From Podarcis vaucheri (taxonomy: Eukaryota): a stretch of 64,000 nucleotides of DNA. The stretch lies in NCBI GenBank assembly GCA_965113315.1, contig OZ220372.1; one strand, given 5' to 3'. The position numbers were made by a program, and so were the translations under genes. Below are positions 36,794 to 50,792 of this stretch, in pieces. Each line of letters starts with the position of its first letter. Positions within the stretch are counted from its first letter, which is position 1. A model generated the notes under the pieces. The model was not told where the DNA came from, ran no database searches, and worked only from the letters and a program-made list of their open reading frames with translations.

Positions 36794-39150
36794 CTCCTCC
36801 TAGTAGACCTCACCAAACCTCCACAGCTTGCTTGGGCTGCCTACCCACCTGCCCACCTCTAGTTCCTTCCTCCATGCCCTCATATGCTGATGCTGCTATG
36901 GCCCGGCAGCTCTGAAAGCCCAGTCTGTCATCACACTGTAGTTCACATCGCCATCTATCTGTGGCCAAATGAACTGCAGCATGATGAAATTGAAACATTT
37001 TTATTATATGTATCGATAAGGCAGGGTTGCTAACTTTGTAGGCTGTTCCAGAAGAAGCTGGTGAACCGGTTAACACACAACTAGATATGAAAATGAAAGT
37101 AACCATGAGAACAAGCTAAAGGGTGGACTCATAGCTCCAACCCAAAATAACTGGAGACAATGTATAACTCTATCATTACCAATTACTACACCACTTACTG
37201 AGGTCTTGCCCTACATTCTCTCAATTACTGTGGTTAGATTTGAGGGGTGTGTGCTTTCTGGGGTTAGATCTGCTGCAGTTAGATCTTACGGAGACTGTGG
37301 AGCATACTGGCTTAAATTTATTTGCTGCTGTACTAGTTTTTTTATTATGAATTGTTATTAGGGTGGTTTTTAGCTTTTGTGGTGCATTGCTGTGAGCACG
37401 TAGCTGCTAGAATTGATCTGGAAAATATACATCAGCAAATTAAATAATATATCAACAGAAAGAACAAGTTAGGCTATTTCACCCAAATACCCCCCACCCA
37501 CTTTCTGTTTTTAATATATACAATTGAGTTGCTTTTGTGAGTTGTTCAGTTATCGTTGTTGCGGCTGCAAGCAAGAATGACCTAACCTTGCATCTTACGC
37601 ACTCGGCTGTGTGAGGAAGAGATTGAAAGTGTTTCCTTTCATTTTCAATTAACCACATTTTAGCATTAGACTGGGACCCTAAACTGATTTAGTCTTAACT
37701 ACTGCTTATTGAAATGAGCCAGCTTCATAAACCAGCATTTGAAACTGGCTTGTTTCAGTAAACCCCAGGAAGGTGAGTTAGCCCCAATGGTCTTCAACCT
37801 TTTGGAGTCCAGAGCTCCCTTGACCAATCAGATTCTTTCTGCCGCTTCATTATGGCAGCCACTTACACTGGACTCCAGTTACAGAATATGTGAAATAGGG
37901 ATGCCCCCACCCCATCCTACTCTGTGCCATCCCCATTCTACCCTGCCCCTTTTCAGGGCTACCACCAGGGAGAGAGAGGCGTATGCAGGAAGATATTGGG
38001 CTGCAAGCTAAAGCCGCCAGCTCCCCTGAGAGAAAGAGAGAGGGAATATTCAGCTCCCCTGAACATTCTTCAAGCCAAGGTGTCATGGCGCACAGGTTGA
38101 CAACCAATGGGTTGGCCAATCTAGATATTGTTGGATTCCTAGCCAGCATGGTCAGTGTTCAGGGATGATGAGAAGTAAAGTTCAATAGCATCTGGAGGAC
38201 CACAGAACCCTTTGTTGTTTTTGTTACAGGAGACTATTATGGCTACCATTTTGCAAATTTGAATCACGTAGCAATAGCAAATGAGGTATTATTCCATTTT
38301 TTTCCCACATGGGCAGGATTCTTTTACTGTTGTGAAAACTGTACCCATCTTCAGCAACACATGATTTCTCAGAACCAGAGCCTAAACATTGAGACTATTG
38401 TTCAGCTCTACAGGGTGGTAGTCCCACCACAACTGCTTTTTTTTTTATTTAATCCCTACACATTTCCTTCCCTGGGAGCCTCCACCCACCATTAACTTCA
38501 TCTACGATAATGCCAAAGGAAACAAAGTATTTCCCCCTCTTTTTAAAAAGAAAAAGTACAAGCTTTTACCACAGAAACCACCTGAGGGCTCAATTTCCAC
38601 TCTTCATTAAAACCCAGTGGACAACTCGCGATAAATAAAAGGTGAAAAAATAACATTGAACCCCCAACAAAAATATACACAGGATGTGGATTCCATGAAT
38701 TCAAAACGAAATGCAGTTGGGTTTGTGTGTAGGTGTAATTGCTTTATTTCAAGTAACTGTACACAACCTTAATCATATTAAACTAGCTAGTATTTAGGGT
38801 TTTGACACGGAGGCAGCCAGAGCAAGGAGCAATGTGAGGCTAGGCCTGTGTTGACCATCATGAAAGTTTCTTGAAAAATAATGGCTCGGGCAGAGAAACA
38901 ACGCTTTACAACTTTTAAAAACCTGCTTGATCAATATAATAAATTTCAAAATATTGACATTTTGGAAAACACAGAGGTTTCCCAAACCCTTAAAAAAAAT
39001 CATTTTGTGTCTGACACCATTTTTTGCTTGCTGTTTCATTATTTGCATATTTAGTATCCTTAACGAGGTCTTGACAGCAGTTTATGGCTGATAATATTTT
39101 ATAGCATTTGTACTAAGTGTATATTTTGTGTCGTATGCTGATATTGGAAA

Positions 39151-39155
<5 letters not shown>

Positions 39156-39198
<43 letters not shown>

Positions 39199-39207
39199 TG
39201 TGTGTGT
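39156..39207. repeat. Compound (CT)n(GT)n microsatellite
   Basis: Direct reading. Confidence 0.95.
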
Positions 39208-39644
39208 ATAAAGTCATACCCACAACACGCTGTGGTTTGTTAAGGATGCTGAGAGTTGTCAGCAGACCCCTCACAGTGTTTGCTGCTAACGTGACCTACA
39301 CACCACCAGATCTGTCTACAATTGGCAGTTGGCTCCTGACTGCCTGGCCTCTCACTGTGGCATGTCACCCTTGGGGCATGTTGACCCGATCTGGCCCCCA
39401 TGTTGAATCAATCTGATCACAGCTGATCACACCACCACCAGCAGCACTAGAACCACTATCATCTATCTGCCACAGCTACCTGGTAAAATGCTCCTGCAGC
39501 GGGCATCCAGGCAGGATATCATCCCCTCTGGGCAGGTGAGAGGCAAGGCATGCTTTTCCAGGTTTCTTGGAGCATGATCATTTTGGTAGAACTCAATTCA
39601 GTGTTATGCTTTTAAAATTTGTACTAAGAAAACAAGGGAGGATT

Positions 39645-39689
39645 GGAGGAGGAGGAGGAGGAGGAGGAGGAGGAGAAGAAGAAGAAGAC
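39645..39689. repeat. (GAG)n(AAG)n microsatellite
   Basis: Direct reading. Confidence 0.9.
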
Positions 39690-41735
39690 GACAACTCTGT
39701 GGCTAGAGAGCGATACTAGAAGGGCATTGAAGAGCAAAGTAGTATACTGTCTGCGGCAACTTATGAAAATTGCTGGCATCAGCCCAGATCCGGTTCAGTG
39801 TGGGAATGAGTGTAGGAGTACCGTCAGGGGCGTGGGCGATGGAGTAGGCAGCTGAGAGTTACTAATGTTTGCTTAGGGTTGATTATAAGCTGAATCGCAA
39901 GTTATTCAGCACTTTTCTCATTTACAAGCTCCAGGGATTCCGATGACTAACTCGCCAATCACTGACTTGGCAGTGAAAAGGTACAAATGTCTCATAGCAA
40001 ACAGCCCTTTGAACAATCACTAGTGTTTTTAAGAAGTCAGGCACTGATTTAATTCTGCCTGCCTTTTTGCTGAGAACTACTCACGGTTTATGAATGATGT
40101 ATAAAAACAATAATGAGCAAACTATGTCCTGTTTAGGCTTCGGCTCGGGTTCTGTTTTTAGTTTTAAAGCAATTCTATCAGCCACTTAAAGATACATAGC
40201 TCCCACCCTCTCCTGATGACTGTGGTCAGAGGAAATTATATTTGATCACTGGTGCAGTAAAACGCATCAGATGTTGCACTGGAACAGCAACTCAGGACAG
40301 TGACAGGTGTGGTCAGAGAAAGTATGTCACAAGCTGGATAAAAAGTGACAGGATGAAGGGCAATCCTATCTCCAACAACAGGACCAGTCTCCATCCCCCT
40401 TTATACTTGTCCAGCCAGCAGCCTTGGCACCCACAAAACATGAGCGCTGGCAACAGCACTAGGTGACCCAGAGACCATGCCTCAGGAGACACCCATTCAA
40501 CCCAAAGGAAAAAAGTTAAGACACTGCAGTTTGCTGCGTTTTAAGCTTTGAACCATGTTCTGTTTCGTTTGTAAATTCTAATAACATATGTTTAGTTGGT
40601 CTCTTGCAAAGTTTATCTTAATGAACATGAAAAGGAATGCAGTCAAAGAACTGTGGTTCGACCCACCAGCTGGTTCTTCCTATCTTGGGGTTGCAGTGTG
40701 GGATGATTTAAAACAAAGCAATTTAAATAATTAAGTCAAATTTCCAATTGAAGTCAACTTTTTCCAGTCTGAAATTCATCTGTTTCTGAACAAACATGCC
40801 TGCTACAATAAGAACATGCTAGTTTTAAAAGTTTTTGAGTGTGTGCTTTATCATGTTTGTATTAAATTCATATTTTACTTGGGAAACAATACAAATGAAA
40901 TTTAGCACACACACAAATCCCATTTTAATTTTTTAAAAAACTGTTTTTAACTGTTCACAGACAAACAAAATGTGATATAATTTGTTGTTGTATATTGGCA
41001 ATGATCTTCTTGGCCTAAAATATACTATTCTTTTGCCGAGGGATTCTGAAACATATTTTTACCTAGTAAGAGATCATAAGGTGCCAAGTACGTTATCAAT
41101 CTCAGTCGGCTACTTTTTTCAGTTCAACCATAGTCTCAGGAAGGAAGGAAGGAAGTTTGTTTAAACTCAGCTTTTACTTTGATAAGCCATTATACAGCCT
41201 TCTCTTTTGTGTGTTGCAAGATTACCGAATATAGATTGGAATAGTATGGTGAATAGTAACATACACTTCATTCATTAACCAGGAACTCAGCTAGACTGGT
41301 AAAGAAAAAGTGTTTTACTGTATATGTGTTGTATGTGCGATATAACATTGTGCCACCAGATGGCTACGCAGAGTCCTGTTTTTCTTCTACCTGTTTTCCC
41401 TGTTTAAATTTACACCGCTTTGAACAGAAACACTTCTTTGATGTGTCTAGATCCAGCCCAGGAGACTGAATTGATGTGGTTTAATATATAAATAGCCTCA
41501 TTATAAAAAACAGTACAAATAGCAGCTATGCAAGAGATATTATGGAACCATAGCACCATTAATCAAAGCACATCGTCCTTTGTAGAAGAACACCACTGTG
41601 ACCCATTGTGCTGTAGCAGTGTTGCAATGTGACATAAAGTGTGGTGGTTTCGCAAGAAGGAGGTTCAGTGCTGCTATGACTCAACCAGCCACCACAGACT
41701 AACATGTAGTACCAATCCACTGATCAGATATATAT

Positions 41736-42339
41736 TTTGTTGTTGTTTAGTCATTTAGTCGTGTCCGACTCTTCATGACCCCATGGACCAGAGCACGCCA
41801 GGCACTCCTGTCTTCCACTGCCTCCCGCAGTTTGGTCAAACTCATGTTCATAGCTTCAAGAACACTGTCCAACCATCTCATCCTCTATCATCCCCTTCTC
41901 CTTGTGCCCTCAATCTTTCCCAACACCAGGGTCTTTTCCAGGGAGTCTTCTCTTCTCATGATGTGGCCAAAGTATTGGAGCCTCAGCTTCACAGTCTGTC
42001 CTTCCAGTGAGCACTCAGGTCTAATTTCCTTAAGAATAGATAGGTTTGATCTTCTTGCAGTCCATGGGACTCTCAAGAGTCTCCTCCAGCACCATAATTC
42101 AAAAGCATCAATTATTCGGCAATCAGCCTTCTTTATGGTCCAGCTCTCACTTCCATACATCACTACTGGGAAAACCATAGCTTTAACTATACGGACCTTT
42201 GTTGGCAAGGTGATGTCTCTTCTTTTTAAGATGCTGTCTAGGTTTGTCATTGCTTTTCTCCCAAGAAGCAGGCGTCTTTTAATTTCGTGACTGCTGTCAC
42301 CATCTGCAGTGATCATGGAACCCAAGAAAGTAAGATCTC
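41736..42339 (-). mobile_element. Bov-B (RTE) LINE, 5'-truncated
   Basis: Translates FLGSMITADGDSSHEIKRRLLLGRKAMTNLDSILK...VKAMVFPVVMYGSESWTIKK...DAFELWCWRRLLRVPWTARRSN; (CAA)n tail; TSD tcagatatatat. Confidence 0.95.
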
Positions 42340-43442
42340 TCAGATATATATAATCATTACTAAATGTGGCATAAGTAAGGTGGAACAGAATAGCACCATC
42401 CCAAAGGCATTTCAAACACCCTGGAGACATTTGTGCATCCGTGTAAAGCAAATTACCTGCTGTGCTGATAGGACTGTATCTAACCTGCTACATAAAAAGT
42501 AAAAAGGTAAAGGGCAGTCATGATTTCTAAGTGTACCTGCTTCTGGGCAAAAGGAATGGGGAGGGATTCAATCTCCAATGGAACAATCCTCCCTTTCTTG
42601 CCTTTCCCCACTGCACGCTGTCCTGTGAGTTCTTCCAACATGCCTGCTGACTGGGGTGGGGGGAAGAGGCAGGGGAAGCCCCCACTGCACTAGCAGAAGT
42701 CCTTGCATGGGCTTCTGCACGTGGGACAAGTTAATGGAATCTAGCCTATGGTCCCCATGTGGGCACCATGTTCAGTGTCCAGCCAACATATACAATTAAT
42801 GTGGACAGTGTGCGCGTCATGTTGCCAATGTGCAAAATGTTGCTAGCAATTCACATTCTCCAACATCACCCAGTGATTGTGCCTATCAGCCAGGCAATGT
42901 GCAGAATCGCCACTTCAACCTCTCGCATTAACTCCGACAAAGAGCAGATAGCAGAGATAGCATTGGGCCATGTGAATTAGTAACGTGGAGTCCCTCCCTA
43001 GCGATGAGCCACAGAGGGAAATGGAGTCTTGCGTATAACAGCAAGGGAATAGGATCATTTCCCTCTCCATAGTTTTGTTCAAAGAGAAGCTAAGTTTGGC
43101 ACCATGCCTTCAAATTGTGGTGAAGATTCCTATACCCTACAAATCTATAGTCTGAGAATTATCCCTTTGTTGAAAGCATACTCCAGAGATTCTTCAAAAT
43201 TATTACCAGCATATGGCACAGAGCTGAACTTCCTTGCTGTGCAGGAAATATTAAAGAGATCATCATTCCCCCCCACCACACAAAAAATTAAAATGGCAAT
43301 GAAATGGTTTGGAAATGCTAATTCAAGTTAACAGTCTTGGGCAATTAAAGTATCTTAAATTATCTCTAAATTTTCTGTTTTATTGCTGCAAATTTATAAA
43401 AGGACCCACACTGAACTCTCTAAATATTATGTGTGTGTGTGA

Positions 43443-43445
<3 letters not shown>

Positions 43446-43482
<37 letters not shown>
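43446..43482. repeat. (CA)n microsatellite
   Basis: Direct reading; another at 44302-44332. Confidence 0.95.
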
Positions 43483-43484
<2 letters not shown>

Positions 43485-44297
43485 CAGTTAATGTTTATGC
43501 TCATCTGGTTTGCATTTAGCATTCTTATGAGTCATTTCACTTTGATAGGAACACTATGCTATAGAAAACTGCTGTTAATATTTTAACTTTTAAACTCAAA
43601 CGCTGGATTGCGGGTTACCTAAATAAAGCAACAACTGGAGGGGAAAAACCGACTTTGCCTTATGAAATGAAGATTGCTCATGGTAGATGTCTGTCACCCA
43701 TGCCAGATGGGAGTATCTTTCCATCTTGTACTGTCACATCCTTCCCCTGCCCTCCCCCCGCCCAGTTTTCATGACTGCATTTTGGAAGCAGCCGCCCGTC
43801 GAAGGGATGAGTGATGCTGTAGGATGCTCTGCACTTCCTTACAGCTGACATTTAACCCGGGCAAAAGTGCTGTATTTGTTTTTCTATCAGCGCCGCTTGA
43901 TTGCTTCTTATGTTCCTACTCTATGCATTTCCTGAGAGCAGGACATTTCTTGAAAATAAAACAAAACACACACACAGGAAATAAACGACTCATAGACGAG
44001 GATTTTAAAAGAGGGTTTTAAAAACAATGTTCGGTTCAAGTGATTTATATGAAAAAAATGCAGGCAGCAACCCATAAAATTCCCACAGAGTTCTAGAGAA
44101 CAAATTTATTTCAAAGTACAACTTTTAAGTGGAGGGGCATAGAGGGTGACTAATGCCTGAATCACCACTTGAGGCAGACTGGGCCAACTCTGCTTTGAAC
44201 ACGGAGCACTTTCCAGGACAATTTGTGGCTATCGAACAGAGACATCCTAGAAAGCTGGCTCTGTGACGCCTCCACTGGTTCGCTGAATATGGTTCAG

Positions 44298-44334
<37 letters not shown>

Positions 44335-44552
44335 AGGGTCGGCAAAGAGAACCTGAGTAAATAAACTGCTTTCAAAGCTAACACGGCGTCACCCATTTTA
44401 AGACAAATAAATAAGAGATGCTCTCAACTGAAAGGCTGAAATGCCTTTGCTGGGGTGTGTGTGCATGGCAGTTTAAGGTGGTTTCAGAGCACCTTGTGTG
44501 TGCATGTCTTTTGCATTGTCCACACTTGGGCTGAGAGATGTCTGGTTTCCAA

Positions 44553-45037
44553 CATGGTGATCACACAGGGTCCCCGGACGTTTGACGGTCTATTGATCCC
44601 TGTGCCACCACTGTGATTGCTTCCCTGCTGCCACCAACCCGTTTCTCTCGGGTACACACGGAGTCCAGACAGTTATTAAACCAAATAAACAAGTTTATTT
44701 TATAAGCCTTAACAAGTTTATTGTTTCAGATAATTTTTCTTGTCAGTTTCTTAATCTTAGTTTCCTTACCGGCCTATACCTTCCTATTACCTCTAACTGA
44801 TTATCCCAACTGTCTACCTGACTCCTCTTAACCGATTCTCTCACTCCCTCACATAAAACTATCCCAACCCACAGATGTATCCTCACTCTCCCTTCTCTAA
44901 CACCCGACTGACTCCTTAATAACACTAACTCTAATTCTAACTCCTCCCCTTGGGTTCCCGCTGGCCAATCACTTCACACTCATTTAACCCTTTCCTTATG
45001 ACCCAGCATGATGTCACCTAGGAGGGCAAACGCCACA
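44553..45037 (-). mobile_element. Putative solo LTR
   Basis: On - strand starts tgtggcg, has ATTGG box, purine-rich U3-like gagttag repeats, AATAAA, and ends gatcacca; no clean TSD. Confidence 0.55.
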
Positions 45038-45193
45038 GTGTCCTATCGCCAGCTAAACATCAGTGCGTACTGATATATCACAATGTCTGAAATGGGGTAA
45101 TGTCCTGGCAAACTGCTACTACTTAGGGTTCTAAAACTGATACATTTTTACTTACTGTTAACATATTGTTATTACAACTGTTATTTTATACTA

Positions 45194-45444
45194 CAGTCTT
45201 ACCTCGGAAGTCAAACGGAATCCGTCCCAGAAGTCCGTTCGACTTCCAAAACGTTCGGAAACCAAAGTGTGGCTTCTGATTGGCTGCAGGAAGCTCCTGC
45301 AGCCAATCGGAAGCAGCGGAAGGCCCGTTGGTTGTTCAGCTTCCAAAAGAACATTCGAAAACCAGAACACTCACTTCCTGGTTTCGATCGTTCGGTAGCC
45401 GATTTGTTCGGGAGCCAAGGCGTTTGAGATCCAAGGTATGACTG
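45194..45444. mobile_element. Tc1/mariner-type MITE (other subfamily)
   Basis: TIR cagtcttacctcgga / tccaaggtatgactg; internal hairpin gattggctgcagga...tcctgcagccaatc. Confidence 0.75.
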
Positions 45445-45848
45445 CAGAGAGCAACAGGAGGGGCAGAAATCATGAGAGAAGCTATACAGTTTTTCCCACA
45501 TCATGATTTTTTTACATAGCGCATGCACAAATCACGATTCATGATGTATCGCCATGTCAAATATTATGAAACAGTTACTGTAATGTGGACTTCAAACCAA
45601 TTTTGGACATATGTTGATACATCACCCAGCCCTAGCCCACACAAGGTCACCCACATCCAAGTGGCAACCCACATTTGTTTCACCCTTTAATTTGGATTTT
45701 CCTGATGCAGGGATAATGTGATGGTGATGGGGAATCCAACATGAAACCACACATTACCTGAGTGCACTGAGTGGATGGATGGCTTTTTTTACATGTGTGG
45801 TGACATTTTGCTGGGTGCTATGTATTGCCTTTGGGATGTATTGCCTCT

Positions 45849-46203
45849 GGGACGCAGGTGGTGCTGTGGGTTAAACTACAGAGCCTAGGACTTGCTGATC
45901 AGAAGGTCAGCGGTTCGAATCCCCGTGACGGGGTAAGCTCTCGTTGCTCGGTCCCAGCTCCTGCCAACTTAGCAGTTCGAAAGCAGATCAAAGTGCAAGT
46001 AGATAAATAGGTACCGCTCCGGCAGGAAGGTAAACGGCATTTCCGTGCGCTGCTCTGGTTCGCCAGAAGGGGTTTAGTCATGCTGGCCACATGACCCGGA
46101 AGCTGTACGCCAGCTCCCTTGGCCAATAAAGCGAGATGAGCACCGCAACCCCAGAGTCGGTCACGACTGGACCTAATGGTCAGGGGTCCCTTTATCTTTA
46201 CCT
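45849..46203 (+). mobile_element. Sauria SINE, full length
   Basis: Typical head, B-box, core and tail; TSD atgtattgcctc. Confidence 0.92.
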
Positions 46204-46790
46204 ATGTATTGCCTCACTCCTTACTTCCATTTGCTTCTCACTGCAGCACATCCTAGCCATTTTGTTTCCATCAGCCCAATGGAGAGGATGTAGCATGCCT
46301 ATATTAAAAAATAAAAGTGGGTTGTGCCCAGTGCTACTCCTACTCCGAGTAGACCTATTGATCTTAATGGATATGGTGAACTTAGGTTCAATAATAAGCC
46401 TAAACCTTAACCTACTCTGAGCTTAAGTTAATTGGATACAACCCTGAGCCCCCTTGCTGACAATTATCAGAGTAGCTGAGAGTGAGATTGTTAAAGTGGC
46501 TGTCTCTTTATGATATTTTACCATTATAATCTGTCCATAATTACAGGTACATTTCAGTGGATCGTAGGATCATGGAATTGTAGAGTTGGAAAGGACCCCG
46601 AAGGTCAGCTGGAGCTATGAGGTAAGAAAGAAAAACAGAAACTCTGTCTCCAAATCTCTCTCCCAGTTCTACATAGGCTATGCATGCTTGTGTGTAAATC
46701 ATACTGTTGATGTTCCGCTAGTGGCTAGGGAAACCCAGCTAGATGGGCGGGGTGTAAATAATAAAATTATTATTATTATCATTATTATTA

Positions 46791-47317
46791 CAGTGGAACC
46801 TTGGTTTCCAAACGCAGTGGGACTCAAACAACTTGGAACCCAAACACTGCAAACCTGGAAGTAAGTGTTCCGGTTTGCAAACTTTTTTCAGAAGCCGAAC
46901 AAGCTCTGTTTTGAGTGTTATGCTTCCAATTTGAATGCCAAACTTCCGTTTTGAGTGCCTCACTTCTGTTTTGAGTGTTACGCTGAGGTCTGTCTGTTTT
47001 TGCTATTTATTTTGCGTTTTTGTTTTTGCGGCTCTTTTTGTTTGTTCTTGTGACTGTGTGGAACCCAGTTCAGCTACTGATTGATTGATTGTGTGACTGC
47101 AGTACATTGTTTATTGTTTTCATTTTATGGACCAGTGGTCTCATTAGATAGTAAAACTCATGTTAAATTGCTGTTTTAGGGGCTGTTTTTAAAAGTCTGG
47201 AATGGATTAATCCATTTTGCATTACTTTCTATGGGAAAATGCAACTTGGTTTTGGAACGCTTTGGTTTTGGAACAGACTTCCAGAACGGATTCAGTTTGA
47301 GAACCAAGGTACCACTG
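46791..47317. mobile_element. Tc1/mariner-type non-autonomous element
   Basis: TIR cagtggaaccttggtt / aaccaaggtaccactg, TA flanks, inserted in an (ATT)n tract. Confidence 0.85.
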
Positions 47318-50300
47318 TATTATTATTATTATTATTACAAGTCTCATCATGGCTTTCAGTTTCCTGAAGATTGGAAGCTCCCATGCCTCTATCCATCCAG
47401 TCATTCTTTGCCGCGGTGATTCACTGCTGGTTCTATACTTGATGGAGATGCATGTGACACAGAAATATATTTGTATTTTTGAAACTGCTGTTTTGCGTGC
47501 ACCTGACGAATATAAAATACATTGTTGTTGTTGTTGTTGACCACCATGTGTGAAACTTTGACTTTGGTGAAAGTTTGTTATTGCGCTAATCCAGAAGTGC
47601 CCAAACTTTTTTCAAAGAGGGCCAGATTTGATGAAGTGAACATGTGTGAGGGCTGAACAAAGTTGGTGAGCTTTTTTTTTAGGATTGAACTTGAAGAGCA
47701 TTTTTTAGGATTTGACCCCAATAAATAAACTGCCACAGGGATTAGGCCCCCCAAACAGACTTTGGACATGCTTGCACTAATCCAATTTAATTTTTTTTTT
47801 AAAGTATGAGTGGGTGGTGCACAGGTAGACAAATACCTTTCTGCTAAGAGTAGATACCTTTTCCCATCTGCTACTTCCCCCGTTTCTCCCCCAAGGCACA
47901 CCTGCTCTTTCCTCAGCAACCTTTTGTGCATGTCTACAAGGAAATACAAGGTCCTGGGACTTCCAAGGGATGGGGAAGCGGCAAATGACGAGAGGGTACC
48001 ACATCCTATCTTGCACTGCCCGCTGAGATAGACTTAAAAGTGCTCATTTGTGGATGGAAATACACCAAACATACAGGGGGAAATCAGATCTCTGTGACCT
48101 ACATGCACATTAACTCCCTTGTGTCTTGGTTTTTGAAAAAGAAGGTGACTTAAGAAACAGAAACTGGTTGGGTCAGGCAGATGGGCTGTCCTTGGGAGCC
48201 AGACCAAGCCTCTGAGCCATCCCTACCTTAGAGCACCTACAAAAATCACCTAAGCTTAAAAAAAAAGATGGTATCGAACAATTTTCTTCGATACAATCCA
48301 AAAGTTCGCTCCTCTCCTGCTGCTTTCCCCTCAGTCCATTTAGGTATACTTTTTATTTACTATATTTAAAATATTTACATCTCTCCCACCACCAGATGTC
48401 ACATGATTGTTTAACAACCACTTACAGTCCAAGAAAATAACAAAATAGGACAAATAAATTATTTGAAATAACAATGGAAACCATCCAAAATCCACACAGG
48501 GCAATATATTTAATAGGACCTACCAAATAGCAAGGAAATTTCTGCGTTCTCAGAAACTCTTAAATCAGACTAGACATTAAACAAAATGGGGAGGAGGAGG
48601 AGAGAGAGAAAAGTCTGACATCTGAATTTCCATCCCAATAAAAAGACCAGTTGCCTATATATATAGTGTGTGTGTGTGTTTTTAGATATATGATTTATCA
48701 TAAACATATGTACAAACTAACACACAAGCATACAAACAATATGAAGTTTATACTAACTATGGAGCATATTCAGTATAAAAAACAAATTACAGAGATATAG
48801 TTACATACAGCTATGATTTTAAGATGAGTCTATATATCCCAACCACAACAAGGAATGAGTCATTGGAAAAGTACTTATATGACTCTTCCTATTTATATAA
48901 TAAAAATTGGAGACCTGTCCACATCAAAACCGTCCTGTTTGGCTTTGCCCCAGACTACGCATCTGTGCCTGACCAGACATTCAGATAAAGCAATGTTCCG
49001 TACATTTTGTCCTGTTCGCCTCTGCCTCTAGACTTGCCACCTGACTGTAGCAGAGAGGGGACAGAGGCCCCACTCCATCTGCTTGGTGAGACACCAGCTG
49101 CCGTTTGGCTCCCCACTCCCGGAACCAGCTCCATTCCAGCCAGTCGTTATAATAACAATTGCATGACTTTAAGAAGTGATGATCAAGTTTGTTTGTTTTC
49201 TTTTTCCCTCACCATCCCTTTTTCCTTTTGTGACATGTCCGTTAGATGATAAGCTTGTGGACAGGGACTGTCTTATTTATTTGAAAAAACAACAACTCTG
49301 TGCTGTATTTAGGTGCTTTTAAAATGAAATAATAGCTGATTGGTGAGAGTCTGATTGGTGGCTGTAGTCACTCAGTTGTGAAAGTAGGCACTCCACACAT
49401 GCTCTATAACACTTTTCTTTATTATCCTGTCTGCTGCAGCTTGAGTTTCAGCATTGAAAGTGCCTATCAGTATGCCTTTCCTTAGATATAGCTACTTGAA
49501 TTGCATACAGAGCAGAATTTTAATTTCCCCTGACAAAAGGGTTGCCATTGTTGTTATATTGCAGCGAGTCCTTAGAGCATGTGTCTGTATGTTTCCACAC
49601 AGAATCATATGGTGCATCCCTTCAGGAGCGGCTGAACTACCTAGCATTAGGAATGGGGGGGGGGGGCGGCACTTGATATCTGGGCCCCATTACATGGCTT
49701 TACTTTTCTCCTATAGTACATTCAAGAAAATTAGGATGAGGGTTAAAGCTTCTACTCATCCTCTCAGTTTCTTGAGGGAGGCAGGATTTGATTGCAGATA
49801 TTTTACTTGGTCCCACATAATTTAATGAAAAGCCACTGAGAATCAGTCTCCTGTGTGACTAGACACCATCAGTCCCTGGCGTACAAAGCAGGTGAGAGTT
49901 TGTTGAGCTGGCAGAACCTAGGAACTTACCTGTAGAGCTATGATTAAGCATGATATTAATTCAGGGAAATGTAAGCTGCAAACCTGTATATCATATTGGC
50001 AAACTGTGGCCCACAGGCCGCTTGAATACATTTTCACACGGCGCTTGGGGCTGGAGATGTTGGAGAAATTCACCAAAGCCAGAAACAGAGATGGGAATTG
50101 ACAATATTCACTCATTCATCCCATGTCCAGAACAGAACAGAATTCAGCAAATACGATTGGTGTTCACTATTGCCGCTTTCAGTCTGCAAATCATACGTAA
50201 CTGATTGTTCCACACACACCTGCACTGTGTTTCCTTTACATTGAATTGAATAGGATGGAATCACATTAATGACAATGTAGCATGTAGCTATGTAAGTTCA

Positions 50301-50761
50301 GTCATTTTGCTACTTAAGTGAGACAGATTACATAAGTTTGGGCAGAAGGCAAACTGCAGTGGAACAAAAACAGTGATGCGTGCAACAAACACAGGGCGGA
50401 AAAGAAAAAAAACGACACCTTCTTGCATCCTTGTCATGTGGCTGATCCCTGCAGTCAAAATCCCCGTGGCCACAGTTACATTCCCATGACCAAATTTCCG
50501 TGATTTCCATAGCAGAGTGGAACACACTTCGGATGGGAAGGGATGGCACATGGAGAAAGTTATCCCTCTGTGCCACCCCTGCCCATGGAAATCAAACTCC
50601 CCTTACCATTACCCAAGCTCTGTTCTTTGGGCTGCATGAAGGTCTCCTATAAGCCTTCTTGCTCCCGATATTAATGCAGCACTGAGCATTTCTTTAGAGT
50701 ACTGCACAGACTGCTTCATCTTTTCAAAGAAAACCTTTTTTTTAAGAAAGGAAAGAACGGA

Positions 50762-50792
<31 letters not shown>

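Noticed and set aside
41888-42451. 187-aa ORF as a host gene
   Set aside because: It is the truncated Bov-B RT C-terminus fused by chance to flanking sequence
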